Shown here: piece after piece, positions 1 through 11,889 of the stretch
How positions within the stretch are numbered: position 1 is the first letter of the stretch
How the letters are laid out: each line of letters begins with the position of its first letter
Assembly: GCF_006345805.1 (NCBI RefSeq)
Contig: NW_021835387.1
Span: 1 to 40,121 of the forward strand
Source of the DNA: Octopus sinensis
Taxonomy: Eukaryota
Length of the DNA stretch: 40,121 nt
Reading direction: 5' to 3'
Position numbers and translations under genes: made by a program
Notes under the pieces: generated by a model
The model's database searches: none
What the model saw: only the letters and a program-made list of their open reading frames with translations
Told to the model about the DNA's origin: nothing

Positions 1-1047
1 AATACTACTCGACTGCCAGTCTTTCCATAAATAATATGTTTATCAAAGTGAACTCACAAGGAATCACGCCTTCAACCAGACATTTAATCAATTTAGATAA
101 TTTTAATTTGTTTGATTTTTTAATGATTTAAATCATTGATTTTTTGTTGATTAAAATCAAATTCTTTAAATCAACTCTTTCATAATATTCATTGCGGGTA
201 ATTTCAATGCCAAAGTAGGCATTCAAAAACAATTAGAACAATTCATGGGAAGAAATGGATTCGGTATAGGAAACTTATCTGGATGCTTCCTCACGAATTT
301 CTGTCCCTTATATGACTTATTTATATTATGCAAACAAAGAAAAAACTGATTTTGTGTAAGTAACAAGATCAAATGACAAAATCGATGAAAGATGGCGCCA
401 TGTACAAAAACTTGACTCTCTTCTGAGAGACAGTGAGAATATTGTAAGGAGAAAAATGCTGACATCTGCATTAATGCACAAACTCTGGAATGAATGGCTA
501 TCATGTATCAGCGAATGTTCAACTCCGGACAAGGCTTTACAATGCCTTTTTGAAACCCGTGTTAATTTATAGCTCCTCCACTTGGGGTTACACAGATACG
601 GAACTGACACGTCTTGACAGTTTCCACAGAGGACAATTGAAAAAATTCTTCAAAATGCAGTGGCCCTATCGAATATCCCGGGAGTCGTTATACAGAAAGT
701 GTTCTACAAGGCCACTTTGCATTAACATTTCTGAATCCCGCTGAAAGCTATTTGGACACATACTGCGAATGGACCACTCCGCACTTGCAAATACGGTGAT
801 GGAGGATTACTTCCAATGCGACAAACCACGTTTCCGTGGACGCCTACGCACTACGTTACCTGTCGTTCTGAAACCGGACCTCGCACAAATCAAATCCTGG
901 CTCAAGACCGGTGATGACTTGGACAGGCTGCGGCCCACAGTCCTTAACCGAGGAAAATGGAGGAGACTCGTTACTAATATTGTTTTGGGTGTTGCACATG
1001 TGGGACTATAATTAATATGGCCCTACAATAAGTGGGTTAATAATAAT
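1..1047 (+). mobile_element. RTE-clade non-LTR retrotransposon remnant, internally deleted
   Basis: APE-like IAGNFNAKVG at ~185-215 is joined near 340 directly to the post-RT region (LYNAFLKPVLIYSSSTW, LFGHILRM, RGRLRTTL). It ends in a (TAA)n tail at 1038-1047. The 3' motif GCACATGTGGGA is shared with the element at 19065-21424. Confidence 0.8.
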
Positions 1048-1091
1048 GGTTTTCCGAACTTTAACGCCGAAAGAGAAAGCATTAGTGTTAA

Positions 1092-1327
1092 CCCTTCATC
1101 CATTTATGTTGATGCGTCAAGCATTATCATTAGTCATCAAGAATTAGCATTTCTCTATGGAGTGGCCAATTTAAGTGAGCGTATTCTCCTAAAGATTATG
1201 ATCACCTGGTGTCTGGTGTTAGTGTATCAAGCATGATATACGCGATTTTGCATACAGAAAAGGCACGTCATCTTGGAGCCTAACTATGTACGGTTTCAAA
1301 AGTGAACAAGTCATAGATGTGAAAGGG
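1092..1327. mobile_element. possible piggyBac-like MITE
   Basis: TTAA|CCCTTCATC on the left (1088-1100) and GATGTGAAAGGG|TTGA on the right (to 1331) form an imperfect TIR with one mutated TTAA. No ORF. Confidence 0.35.
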
Positions 1328-1497
1328 TTGATCCAAGTACAAAAAGAGTTTTTTTTATAAAAAAAAAATTGGTGCTGTGCTATATGTTGATATTAGACGC
1401 TCTAGAAAGTTACGAACTCATAGGGTGCAATTTGTAGTAGAGAACGCCAGAGTATGCGTTAAGTGAATATTACCATTTACACCTCGGTTGTTGTCTA

Positions 1498-1580
1498 GCA
1501 CAATAAGCCAGACATTGTGGTACAAGATAAGATCTCTGTTGAGATACTTATCATTTATGCACAGATTCAAAATCAATGTC
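1498..1580 (+). mobile_element. very degraded REL endonuclease fragment (R4/NeSL-type)
   Basis: Translates HNKPDIVVQDKISVEILII, matching the NRPDIVV.DK motif of restriction-like endonucleases. Confidence 0.4.
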
Positions 1581-1814
1581 ATTTCTTGCGTACTATTTCC
1601 AAACTTGTCATGCAGACGGGTAGTCGGATTAATTTAGTTAACTTTTAATTATCTGTTTTTCGTTAAATAAAGCATATTCTTTTAATAACGAATTTGACTT
1701 TTGTTCGGAAATCTTGTATTGGTATTGTCTAGTTTTGTTGAAACATCCAAATTTTTTAAAAATTAATTTAATGTTATCAAATATCAGATGACAGAAAAAA
1801 GGAGTAAATTATAT

Positions 1815-2420
1815 GGCAGAGGCTGTGCGTGCCAAAACGTAGCCAGGACGATACCAGGCGATGCGCTGGAAGAACCAGTAACACTCTCCCGGATCCTTAA
1901 GCCTCCTCACAATTGACAACCCGACCTTGTTAAGAAACAAATGAGTGTCCCTTCCCGCGGTTCCAGGGCAATTAGTACAGCACGGTAGCGGTCCGCCAGG
2001 GCTGAATACTTTTCCAATTTTATCTTTTTGGCGTGGTTTGCAGCCGAACGAGGGTTCGCAGTGGAAAAGACGATTCTCGACTTTGAAAACGTATCAACAC
2101 AGTTACATCCCACAACAAGCTCTCCCTGACGAGTAAGGGAATATTGTTATCCCGTCAGGCTTTTTGCCGTCCCACTATCGAGTACGACCAGTTCGAGGAG
2201 GCAGAAATGGAAACCGGCCTTTAAGATTTTGTTGAGGGTTTGTGTCTGTGTGCCCTGCCTGCACTCATCTTGCAGGACAGTGGGTGCAGTCCCTTTTCGT
2301 AAACAGTCTTATCGCATCTCTGCAGCTGGTTTCACCACAGACGTCCAAGCCGAGTCAGAGAGCGACTTCGATCAGCATGGCAGCATCATCTAGCAACGTC
2401 CCAATACTGGAACATCCAAA
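1815..2420 (-). mobile_element. CRE-clade retrotransposon 3' fragment (zinc knuckle + REL endonuclease)
   Basis: GLHPLSCKMSAGRAHRH, DGKKPDGITIF, DTF...KKIKLEKY...IALE motifs across frameshifts. Confidence 0.8.
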
Positions 2421-2719
2421 TTGAATATAAAAAAATATGATAAATTTTATGGTGAAATTTGTAGATAATATTGATGTCGAGAGATTAAATATAATTCATC
2501 CATTAGGACGGAATGGCAATATTTCCATTTTAACAAGGTAAGTCACTCGTGTGGAATACAACGTGAACGGAAATTTGGTTGTTTTTGAACATTATCTTGT
2601 CAGTAAAATTCTTGGGGTATGCTAGCGTAATTGGATATTAAATTCTAATATGACTTTTAATGGATTCAAAAATCATATTTAATCGATCTATCTACTTCTT
2701 CTCAATGGCTCTCAAAGGG

Positions 2720-3330
2720 GAACAATGGTCCACGGTGCGAAGCATTGTACTGTCTTTTGAAAGATAAGAATTTGCTTTTTGCATACGTTGGATCACTGCG
2801 TCCATTGAAAACAAGCAAACAGACTTTTGACCATCTAGCAACGCGGTGTAGTAGGATGTTAAACAGTGATTATCTCCGAAGACATAATGAGGTGGTTAAG
2901 TGTATCCATCTTCACTTATGTCGATTGTATGGAATTTGCGAAGTAGGAAATTGAAAGGACATTCGGTTGTGACAGTCCAAAATGTCGAAATCAGAGTTGA
3001 CACGTTAATTATTACTGAAACAAAATGTCCAATTCAATAAACCTGACATTTTTATGTATGACAAGAGGAAAAAAGAAATAAATTTAATCAAAGTGGAGAT
3101 TACTTCACAAGATCGTTTAAACTTTAAAGCAAGTTGAAATTATGAAATTTCATAAATACGACCTGCTTGGAAACGAACCATCGATCTTCTATAAAGAAAA
3201 AGTACAGATTATTTTAATTGTCTTGACATGGGATGGAGTTGCCTTAAAATTCTTTAAAAGTCACATGGATAAGTTATCCATTGAAGAAGCAACTAGTACA
3301 TTCAGTCGCTTGTGCTGAAAAGGACGTTCT
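2720..3330 (+). mobile_element. R4/Dong-like retrotransposon C-terminal fragment (CCHC + REL)
   Basis: DHLATRCSRML..DYLRRHNEVVKCIHLHLC, NKPDIF.YDKRKKEI..I.VEITSQD, KYDLL, VLTWDG motifs, with stops and frameshifts. Confidence 0.8.
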
Positions 3331-3334
3331 AGAG

Positions 3335-3360
3335 CAGTGATTCTTAACTTGCGGAGCTAG
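3335..3360 (+). mobile_element. solitary hAT (Buster-like) terminus
   Basis: CAGTGATTCTTAACT resembles the TIR at 9424 and is preceded by TTCTAGAG (nnnTAnnn). No partner end was found. Confidence 0.3.
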
Positions 3361-3931
3361 CATGTCGCGAGGACACTCAGATGAACAATTATTTTGATGT
3401 AGAAATGGAAAATTAGGGAAGTTTATGGCAAACTCTTCTCCCAAACAAAGAAGAGAATCACTGACTATCTGGATTTTTAATTATTATTAAAAAACGTTCA
3501 CAGAACCATCGAATATAAATTAACTAAGGTCCCGTTTGTGCCACACGTTTCAAGATTATATTCACCAAGTCCTACCACTTTTAATTTATAATACTGTCAT
3601 TCTGTAATCAAACCTCCACACTCTGTGAATTCTCCTAACAAAACAACTGTGGATAGAAAAGGTAACTCCGAAGTGATTGCATTTGGAGTTTAGAAATAGA
3701 AGTTGCATCGTTCACATTTGTCTCCTGAAGAGTGGAAATAGTGACCTTATATGATGTTAAGTCGATTATTAGGTTCTCCCTTTTTTCTTTAAGCCTCGAA
3801 CGTTAAATTACACCAAAGTGAACAGATTATTCGAAACGTGTGAAAAAGACATGACTTTAAGAATCACGTTACCGTTTGACCAAGAAATAATTCTTAATTA
3901 AATAATTTAAAATAGAATTTACATAATTAAG

Positions 3932-4008
3932 TCATAATAAAATTTATCTATTTAGTTCATAATAAATTATTAATTCATAATAAATTATAGTCATAATAAA
4001 TTATTAAT
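3932..4008. repeat. short tandem repeat, 4 units with core TCATAATAAA(TTAT)
   Basis: Cores start at 3932, 3957, 3975 and 3991, about 75-150 nt upstream of the ATG at 4081. Confidence 0.8.
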
Positions 4009-4080
4009 ATCTAAAATTGGTGTTTTGCGAGTTTTGGAAGGAACTTCGTACTTAAAAATATCAATCTAGTGATTTTTGAA

Positions 4081-5277
4081 ATGTTAGTTTTACTTATATT
4101 GTTTTCAGCTACAACTATGCACATAAGTAAGTTTAATAATTAGGTTTGTTAGATTTGATGATTTGGGAAAATAAAACAATTACTAATGACCCAAATTGCT
4201 TTAATTTAACAGGTAAAAATTTCCAAATAAAATATTATTTTTAGAAGTATACGAAGAAGTATATGCCAATCGTTATAAATTTGCAACAAGATTTTGTGGA
4301 TATACAGAATATCACATTTACTACAGTGGTTTGGAATTTTTCAAATATAATATAGAATTTCCACACGCAAATTTTTATATTAAAGAAAATGGAAACAAGC
4401 AGGCTTGCTTTGAGAGAAAAGATTATGGATATTCACTTGAGAGTTTTATATTAATGGTTGATATTTTGAATTTATAATTTAAAGATGAGATGAACTTGAT
4501 TATGGATATACGTATCCCAACAAAACAGTCGATCTAGAAGATGTTAATGATTTTTCTTTCACCTATTGGCTATTCCCAAATAAAGATGCTATTTCTTTTG
4601 GTATTTTATATAAGATTAAATTTAGATTTTCCTTACGTTCTTAAAGAATTCGAGATAATTTACTATCAAAAAATTTTTTCAATTTCTACTTAGAAACAAA
4701 AATAAATGAATTTAGCTTGGCTCGTATTTGTACTGATATCGACAACTACACGCGTTGTGAAAATATCGAAAACAGTTTCATATTTGTAATATGATTTTTA
4801 GATACTGTTTCTATTCAATCATGGAATTCAAAATTAGACAAACTATTTGTAACTCTAGAATTTAAACTAAAACATGGTCTTACGGAACACTATTATATAA
4901 ATAAATCAATTAAAAGAAGTGGAAAATATCTTCCGGAGAACGAAGATAATAAAGGCCTTTTATACAGAATCGAGTCAGATTGGATAGAATGGAAACAAAA
5001 TACAAGTTCCCTAGAAAAAACGGAACCATCTTGGATAATAGTATCAAAGATGAAGAATAAAATAGAATTAAAATGTTCTTTTGGTTGATAATATTTTAGA
5101 TTTGTATATATCTTTAGTAATATTAACTTTTGCAGCAATTGTTATCGTTATTTTCATAAATAGTTATTAATATATTTTAATGTAATAGTTTTAATATACT
5201 GGATCAAAAAAAGAAAAGAAAAACAAATGTATGAGAAAATAAATAAAACCTTATCTAGATTTTCAATGAATTATTAA
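4081..5277 (+). CDS. orphan type-I membrane protein, 8 exons, ~315-330 aa
   Basis: Signal-peptide-like start MLVLLILFSATT. GT-AG introns at 4127-4152, 4213-4244, ~4443/4457-4484/4489, 4601-4625/4654, 4775-4801, 5084-5117 and 5163-5188. The spliced C-terminus is VILTFAAIVIVIFINILIYW-IKKRKEK...MNY* (TM helix plus basic stop-transfer). Introns 3 and 4 need either longer GAG acceptors or one indel each. Confidence 0.7.
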
Positions 5278-6639
5278 CTAATCTAAATAAAATTTTGTTT
5301 TTAGTTTTGTTTTAGGTTTTAATTCCTGTAATACTTTTATTTTTTGTATTTTTAAAGTCCTAAAATGTAAAAAATTCTTACAATTAACTTAGTTTAATTG
5401 AAATTCAAATAAAAATAGCAGAAAATCATAAAACTTCTTTTTTTAATTACTTTATTTTTAATCCAAAGTTGGATAAGCATGTCATTTTGAGAATTGAATT
5501 TGAATTAAACACTAGATTAAAAGAAGATTGTTCCGTATCTTTTTTATTTGTAATATGATTATCTTTAAATTCATTAAGAAATATAAAAATGTTGGTGTTC
5601 AAACTAACCGTGTAGTCCGTCGTGCCGTACGCTGGTGAATAGGGTCGTTACCAACATTCATGACTTTCAAAATTTGATATTGATAAAATCTTGTAAATGT
5701 ACAACTTCAACAACCAGTGACAACTACAGTAAATTCTTTCATACCTGCCACCCTTTGATAACCGGTACAAAAATATTTATTAAATAGAGAAATCTTGATA
5801 TTTGCATTTTTAATAACGCCACATTTTTAGAAGTCCTATTTTTGCGGATATAAGAGACTTTACTAAACATATAAATCCTAAAAATACAAACTTAAAAGAA
5901 AAACCAATCAATTTATAATCTTTATTCGTTCTACATCCTCAAGAACTATCTTTTGATCCAAAATATTTATATCCTGAGGAGCTCTTTTTATTTTTATGTT
6001 ACGCACGTGCTGAAATCTTATGATTTCTTGGTTCGGAGTTCTGCTGAAAAAATTCCTAATGTACATTTCGATAATATTTCCTGGTGTAGGCTAAACTTCC
6101 TGTGAGTCACGGAGGTCTGGGCCTCTGTTCCAGAGCCCTTTAAGTAATTAAAATATAATAAAATATCATACAAATAATAAAATATCATCCTTTTGAATAA
6201 GATCTGAATTAGAAATAAAACAGCTCATTTGCCAGAATTAACGAATGATTGACGAATTAATTAAAATATTATACCAGACTAAAACTGTCATTGATTAGTT
6301 TTTTACTTGTAATTTAATAGTAAGAATTAAATGGCCGCATGGCCATATGGATAGTAATCCATAAACTAAAAACTTGATATGACACTAAAAAGCATCTAAA
6401 AAGCACTTTGAAAAGCGACCTTCAGTGGTTGCGGGGCATAAAAAAGAAAAGCCTTAATTTTCATACCAAAAAATTAAATTGGCATGGAAAGTTTGCAAAA
6501 ACAAATGAATCATATGTTTATTTTACCAACTTCAAATCAATAATATTCAGTTTAAAAAATTTTTGACCGTTCGAGCTTTTGAATTTCAGGTCAGTGAGAA
6601 CGTAGACAATCTGACAAATCTCTCTCTTTCGTTTTGAAA

Positions 6640-6735
6640 AAGAGAAGGCTTAGGAAAACAGTACTTTTTTGACAAAAACAGGACTGTCACTGTGAACAAA
6701 GGCATACCATAGTCAATGTTCTACAAATATGGTAG
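6640..6735 (+). mobile_element. highly degraded mariner-like transposase fragment
   Basis: QYFFDKNRTVTVN resembles the PYFF..N..TVTVN..RY segment of mariner/rosa-type transposases. Confidence 0.3.
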
Positions 6736-7099
6736 TATGGAATCCAACGCAAGGGAAAAATTGGAAAAATTAATTTAAATACAATGAATGCACTTCGAAA
6801 CTAGCTTAACTAACGGAAGAGAAAAACTGCTTCTTACTCTAAAGGTCCTCTTTCCTTGACGTTAACAAACAGGCCAGTTACACCCCTTCTTTTCATTGGC
6901 TGTTTTACGCGGGAATTGTCTCTCAATCCTGCGAGCCGGTACTTAATAACTAGCTTATTCCGTTTTCCATTTATTATAGATGTTTAAATATTTATAATCG
7001 GTATGAAATAACTCTCTCAAATTTGCCATTTTTGGTTCCTGTCAAAGTTGCGACGAATTTAAGAAATGGAAAATTTCAGAAGTTAATCAATAATTTTAA

Positions 7100-8930
7100 A
7101 ATATTTATTTAAAACTTCTCTTCAGGTGTAAACAATTTCAGGTGTAAACAACCAAATTTGATTTTATTTCTCTTTTTTTGTTCTTAAAAGTTTTTTAATC
7201 TCCTAATTGCTGTAATAAAGACAACATCCTTTTCGTTTTCAATTTTCTCAAAAAGATCCTTTTAAATTTCACATAAATTAGATGCTATTTTATTCTTGTT
7301 GAAGGTTCCCACTTTAATAGCTTCTTCATTGATGAATAGTATCTCACTTTCATTCAATAGTGATGTTATTGCTCCAAAATCTATCGCATTTTTTCAGAAT
7401 AATTAATCGAAATAAATTCTCCGTTTACAATAGGATCGTAAATATTCATATTGAATAATTTTTCTCAACTATGTTCAGATTTACAAACCGTATGAGTATA
7501 TTCGTTTTTTTGAAGTTTAAAACAATTTTCGATCTTTTTAGAGAATCCATCTTCCTAATCCATTTTTATAAACATAACAGTGTCTCTAAGTTCAAATGTT
7601 TATATGATTAAAACACCGACATTTTCTTCTTCAATTATCTAGTAAGATACTCCAATTTGTATCGATTCAAACGGATTTTAAACTTTTTAATAATGTTAAT
7701 TTAGATTTCCAAACATTTTTGCGCATAACATCACAGATATTTTATCTTTGAAGTTTTGTGTATCCTCCGAACAAAGTACTACAGATACTACTAAATTAAA
7801 TAAGCTTATAGAATATTACAGTTTGATATATATATCTGATCCCTGGTTTATGATATTGAAAGTTCTTTAAATTCTTCGAACAGCCGTTTTATGTAGACAC
7901 TTTTGTCAGTAGACATGTTTACATGTAATTTCCTCACCCGAAATCCATGCTTTTTCTTAAAATTGGATAAAAATTCATAAGAGTTTTGAAATATTAAAAA
8001 AGCTGCTTAAAAATAATTCTGCCTTTCTTGACATTAATGCATCGCTCAATAATGCAGTTTAAAAACCCTAAGATGTACCTTTTGACTGTCATCTGTATAC
8101 CGCAACATTTACACTTGAGTCTTGTATATCTACCACCAGAAGCACAACGAAGCATGCTGGCAAATAGAGTTTTATTGTTTATTAAAAATAAAAAGTTTCA
8201 ATTTTCAGTAATTTTTTAAAGACTAAAAAATAGTGGTAAATTTTGAAATTGACTAAAATTAGAAAATTTCTTAAAAAATTGGGAAATAAAGAATTGGCAA
8301 ATTTAATACAGTTTATTCTTAATTTATCTCCATTGAATGACAATAACCAAAATTTTTTGCCCTGTAAAGTATATAGGTCATTCTTTTCGCCAGCGTAGAT
8401 CGGGTCATTGTTGATATTTAGAAATTGAAAGAAATTAAGTTTTAGTAAATTTTTGTTCTCAACATAATGTCAAATAAAATAAAAACACTAAAATTGAAAT
8501 TAAAAAGAGTAGAAATAAAAAGAATTACCAGATTTAGTCGTATTGCCACATTTAATCAACTTTATATACGAACTAATTCAGTGGTCAATCTTAAATTTAT
8601 AGAAATTACATATAATTAAAAAATAAGAGAAAGTTTTAATCTCAACCTTTCTCTTCTACCCAGCCTGGCTGTCTCAATCGTCCTCACGTGAAGGGCCAGC
8701 CAAAAACTAATCTAATCAAAATCAACTCTCATCAACCTCTATGATGAACTTACGCCCACTTTTGGATCTTTATTTGTCAAAATCAGATATTTCCGTCAGC
8801 TTTGATTAGTCTGGAAAACAATTTACGTCCGATATCACTTCAATCCTGTTTCCGAAAACTCGAAAAACATCCCCACTAATTTTTTCCTCAGAATCGAACT
8901 AGGAATATTGAAAGCTTGCAAAAATATTAG
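7100..8930 (-). pseudogene. possible multi-exon host gene of unknown function, degraded or error-ridden
   Basis: Exon-like stretches (EEKISGDVFRVFGNRIEVISDVNCF; LNINNDPIYAGEKNDLYTLQGKKFW; MLRCASGGRYTRLKCKCCGIQMTVK; STDKSVYIKRLFEEFKEL) are separated by AT-rich GT..AG pieces such as gtaatattctataagcttatttaatttag. I could not build a full model. Confidence 0.3.
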
Positions 8931-9004
8931 TGTCTAAATTCAAAAACGTCATTATTTTAGTACAAGATGATAAAACGTAGTAAATTAAGACAATCCAGTT
9001 GTTA

Positions 9005-9340
9005 ATAATAATAATAGAGGCACGTCCGCAAGATCGCAACTTAATGTGAATCTCGCACTGGCCAGCCACATAAGATCAAGATAGAAAGAGAGAACATGTA
9101 TTAGGAACTAACTAATCCAAACGAACGAATCCAAACGAGCTGTCCCCCCGCATCTATTTTTCTCTCGTGCTGTGGCTGATGTAGACATCCGGTTTCGCAG
9201 TGAAATCACTGATGACGGCGTCACTCGTCAATCCTGGGTGCATGTAATGCATGGAACCTTCAGCCGGAATGATAGCAGTGAGATTCGAACCCAGAGCTTC
9301 GCTAAACTGCCAAATTCTTCAAGCACTGCACCACCCGGCC
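9005..9340 (-). mobile_element. tRNA-derived SINE, 336 bp
   Basis: Minus strand begins GGCCGGGTGGTGCAGTG (A box) ... GGGTTCGAATCTC (B box) and ends in an (ATT)n tail. The 13-bp TSD AATCCAGTTGTTA lies at 8992-9004 and 9341-9353. The empty site is at 37112-37124. Confidence 0.92.
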
Positions 9341-9423
9341 AATCCAGTTGTTAGGAAGTAAATAAACAAAAAAGACGGGAAATCAAAAAAAGCTTAATTG
9401 AATCAAGATCAGGTGATTTACAC

Positions 9424-11598
9424 CAGTGTTTCTCAACGTTGGGCCCCAGGCCCACTTGTGGGCCTGAGAAATTTTGAAATGGGCCTGAAGATTTAATTGA
9501 GCCTGGAGTGGGCCTCAAAGAAAATATGTTAATACTAATACTAATAAATCTTTATTCGTTATTATTTTCAAATTGATTTGATTTGTTTTTAATTTAATGA
9601 TATTGTCATATTTAAATTTAAATATTATAGGCCTGATTGTATAGTTCATGTCAAAAGTACACAAGGAAAAAAAAGACTACACGCAAATACCAGACTGATT
9701 TTTTATTACTAGGCTTCATCCCATCAAGTGCTGATTCTAAGAGGCCTGAATGTGTGGACTGTGGCTTAGTAATGACAAATGTTTCCATGAAGAAATCAAA
9801 ATTGTTCGCCCATCAACAGTTGAAGCATCCTGCTTCTGTTGGAAAGGAGCGCAGCTATTTCAGGAAGAAAGTGGAGTTACGCCAAAAGAATGCTCCAAAA
9901 ACTTTAGAATTCTGCTTAAAAAAAGCAATGAGCATAATAACAAGACACTAAAAGTCAGTTATGCAGTGAGTGAACTGGTTGCTAAGGTGGGGAAGCCACA
10001 TACAATTGCAGAACGTCTGGTGAAGCCAGCAATGTTGATCTGTGCTAAAGAACTGCTAGGAGAACAGGCTGCCAACATTCTACAAAAAATCCCATTGTCT
10101 AATGACACAGTGAAGAGAAGGCAAATTGAAATGGCAGAAAACCTCGAGAAACAGCTTGTGGAAAAATTAAAAGTTTCTAAGTTCTCACTACAAATTGATG
10201 AGACAACAATCAACAATTCTGCCTTATTACTTACTTATGTCCGATATATTGATGCAATGGCAATTCATGAAGAAATGTTATTTATAAAAAAGTTGATTGA
10301 CACACGAAGCGACACTATATATGCGGCTGTTTACGACTATCTGTACGATAATGGGATCCCTCTGTCAAATCTGTTGCAGATTGCAACAGACGGTGCCAGC
10401 GCTATGACCGGCAAACAGAATGGCTTTGTAGCTAAATTAAAAAAAGTTGCCCCTCATATATTGGCAATTCATTGCATCATCCATCGAGAACATCTTTGTG
10501 CTAAATCTCTCAATGATGACATGGAACATGCATTGAAAGTCGCTGTTTCAACAGTGAATTTTGTCAAAGCCAATGCTTTGCATGACCGCCTATTTCAACA
10601 TTTATGTGAACATGAGGACCACCAGAGACTCCTCATGCACACTGAAGTGAGATGGCTTTCCAAAGGAAATTCCCTAGTTCGTCTTGCTGAAATGTGGGAT
10701 ATGGTTCTTATTTTTGTTCATGACATGAAAACACAAGCTTGTAGCAAGAAGCAGAAAGATAAAGCTGAGACTTTGTTTTCAGTGATAAATAACAACGATA
10801 CAAAAGCAAGGATTTTTTACCTGGCTGACTTATTCGCACATGTCAACCAACTGAACATGACACTGCAAGGGCGAAATGCTAATCTGATAGATAGTGCTGA
10901 GAAAGTACGCTCTTTTTTGAACAAGTTATGTCTCTGGAAGATGCATCTTCAAAAAAATGAATTTGCTTATTTTTGTAATTTTGCCAAAACTGCTCCGAGC
11001 TCAGAAGTAATCGCAAGCTGCACTGACCACTTGAAATGCTTGAAAGAAGATATGACTAGAAGATTTAAAGATATCATCGAAATGAATCCGCCTAGTTGGA
11101 TTATAGATATAGCACATTTTGACGTATTAAGTGAAAAAGACATTGATCCTATTATTGCTGGAGAACTTCTTGAACTGAAGGAGAACAAAGTATTAATGAA
11201 AAATATTGAAAGGGATGGCTTATATGGATGGATGAAAGTAGAATCGATTCATCCATTACTCTTTGAAAAAGTTGTTCCGTTTGTACTTGGCTTTCCCACC
11301 ACTTGGTTGGTTGAGACAGGATTTTCTGCAACAAACGATTTACTCACAAAAAAACGCAATCAATTGCAGATTGAGAAGAGAGGAGACTTACGTTTGAGGT
11401 TGAACCAAGATCTGGAAATTCAACTTGACAATTGATAGATAGACATCAAGAGCAGTGTAGTCATTGACATTTTAATAAGATTTTTTATGTTAATAAAAAT
11501 ACTTTTTTGTTAATCAAAGTTTTATTAAAGGCAATGGGCCTGAGATTTTATATGACCCTGAAAATGGGCCTCAGGGAAAAAAAGGTTGAGAAACACTG
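9424..11598 (+). mobile_element. hAT DNA transposon, Buster subfamily, near full length (2175 bp)
   Basis: 14-bp perfect TIR CAGTGTTTCTCAAC (9424-9437 / 11585-11598). 8-bp TSD ATTTACAC (9416-9423 / 11599-11606). GGGCCTGA subterminal repeats at both ends. Empty site at 37189-37196. Confidence 0.97.
9648..11467 (+). CDS. Buster-type hAT transposase (ZBED5/SCAND3/FAM200-like) with single-base indels in A-runs
   Basis: BED-like CVDC...HQQLKH; catalytic motifs LQIDETT, ATDGASAM, CIIHREHL, VRWLS, LVETGFS. ORFs 9637-9951 and 9750-11435 join at an A-run near 9920. The natural end LIDRHQEQCSH* at 11467 is one base out of frame. Confidence 0.9.
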
Positions 11599-11889
11599 AT
11601 TTACACGACCAATCAAGAATTTTATATTTTCTAATATTTTATTACAACTTTCAAGTACACAAGTATGGGATTATCTTGTAAATATTAATGAATTTAACTT
11701 ATTTTTTTAAAATTTAATGTATTAAGAACATGATTCAGCGACAGAGATTTCATTTTAAAAGTTTTCCTAAAGAATTCAATTTACAGACTAGAAGTCCATA
11801 AATTACTTATTACAATATTTAATCAAATTAGATATTAATTATTTTATATTAATAAAATACTAAATCCACGTGTTTTGATTTCATTTTTG

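Noticed and set aside
3560-3900. degraded paralog of the 4081 membrane gene
   Set aside because: Exon-like pieces (PRTLNYTKVNRLFETCEKD) are present, but I saw no clear similarity or consistent frame.
5650-6050. RT thumb remnant (GYKYFG on the minus strand)
   Set aside because: A single short motif amid many stops is insufficient.
9195-9235. hammerhead ribozyme in the SINE body (CTGATGA at ~9209)
   Set aside because: No GAAA after a stem II and no compatible stem I/III arrangement.
9270-9340. tRNA gene
   Set aside because: A and B boxes are present, but there is no complete cloverleaf, and it is embedded in a unit with a tail and TSD. It is a SINE head.
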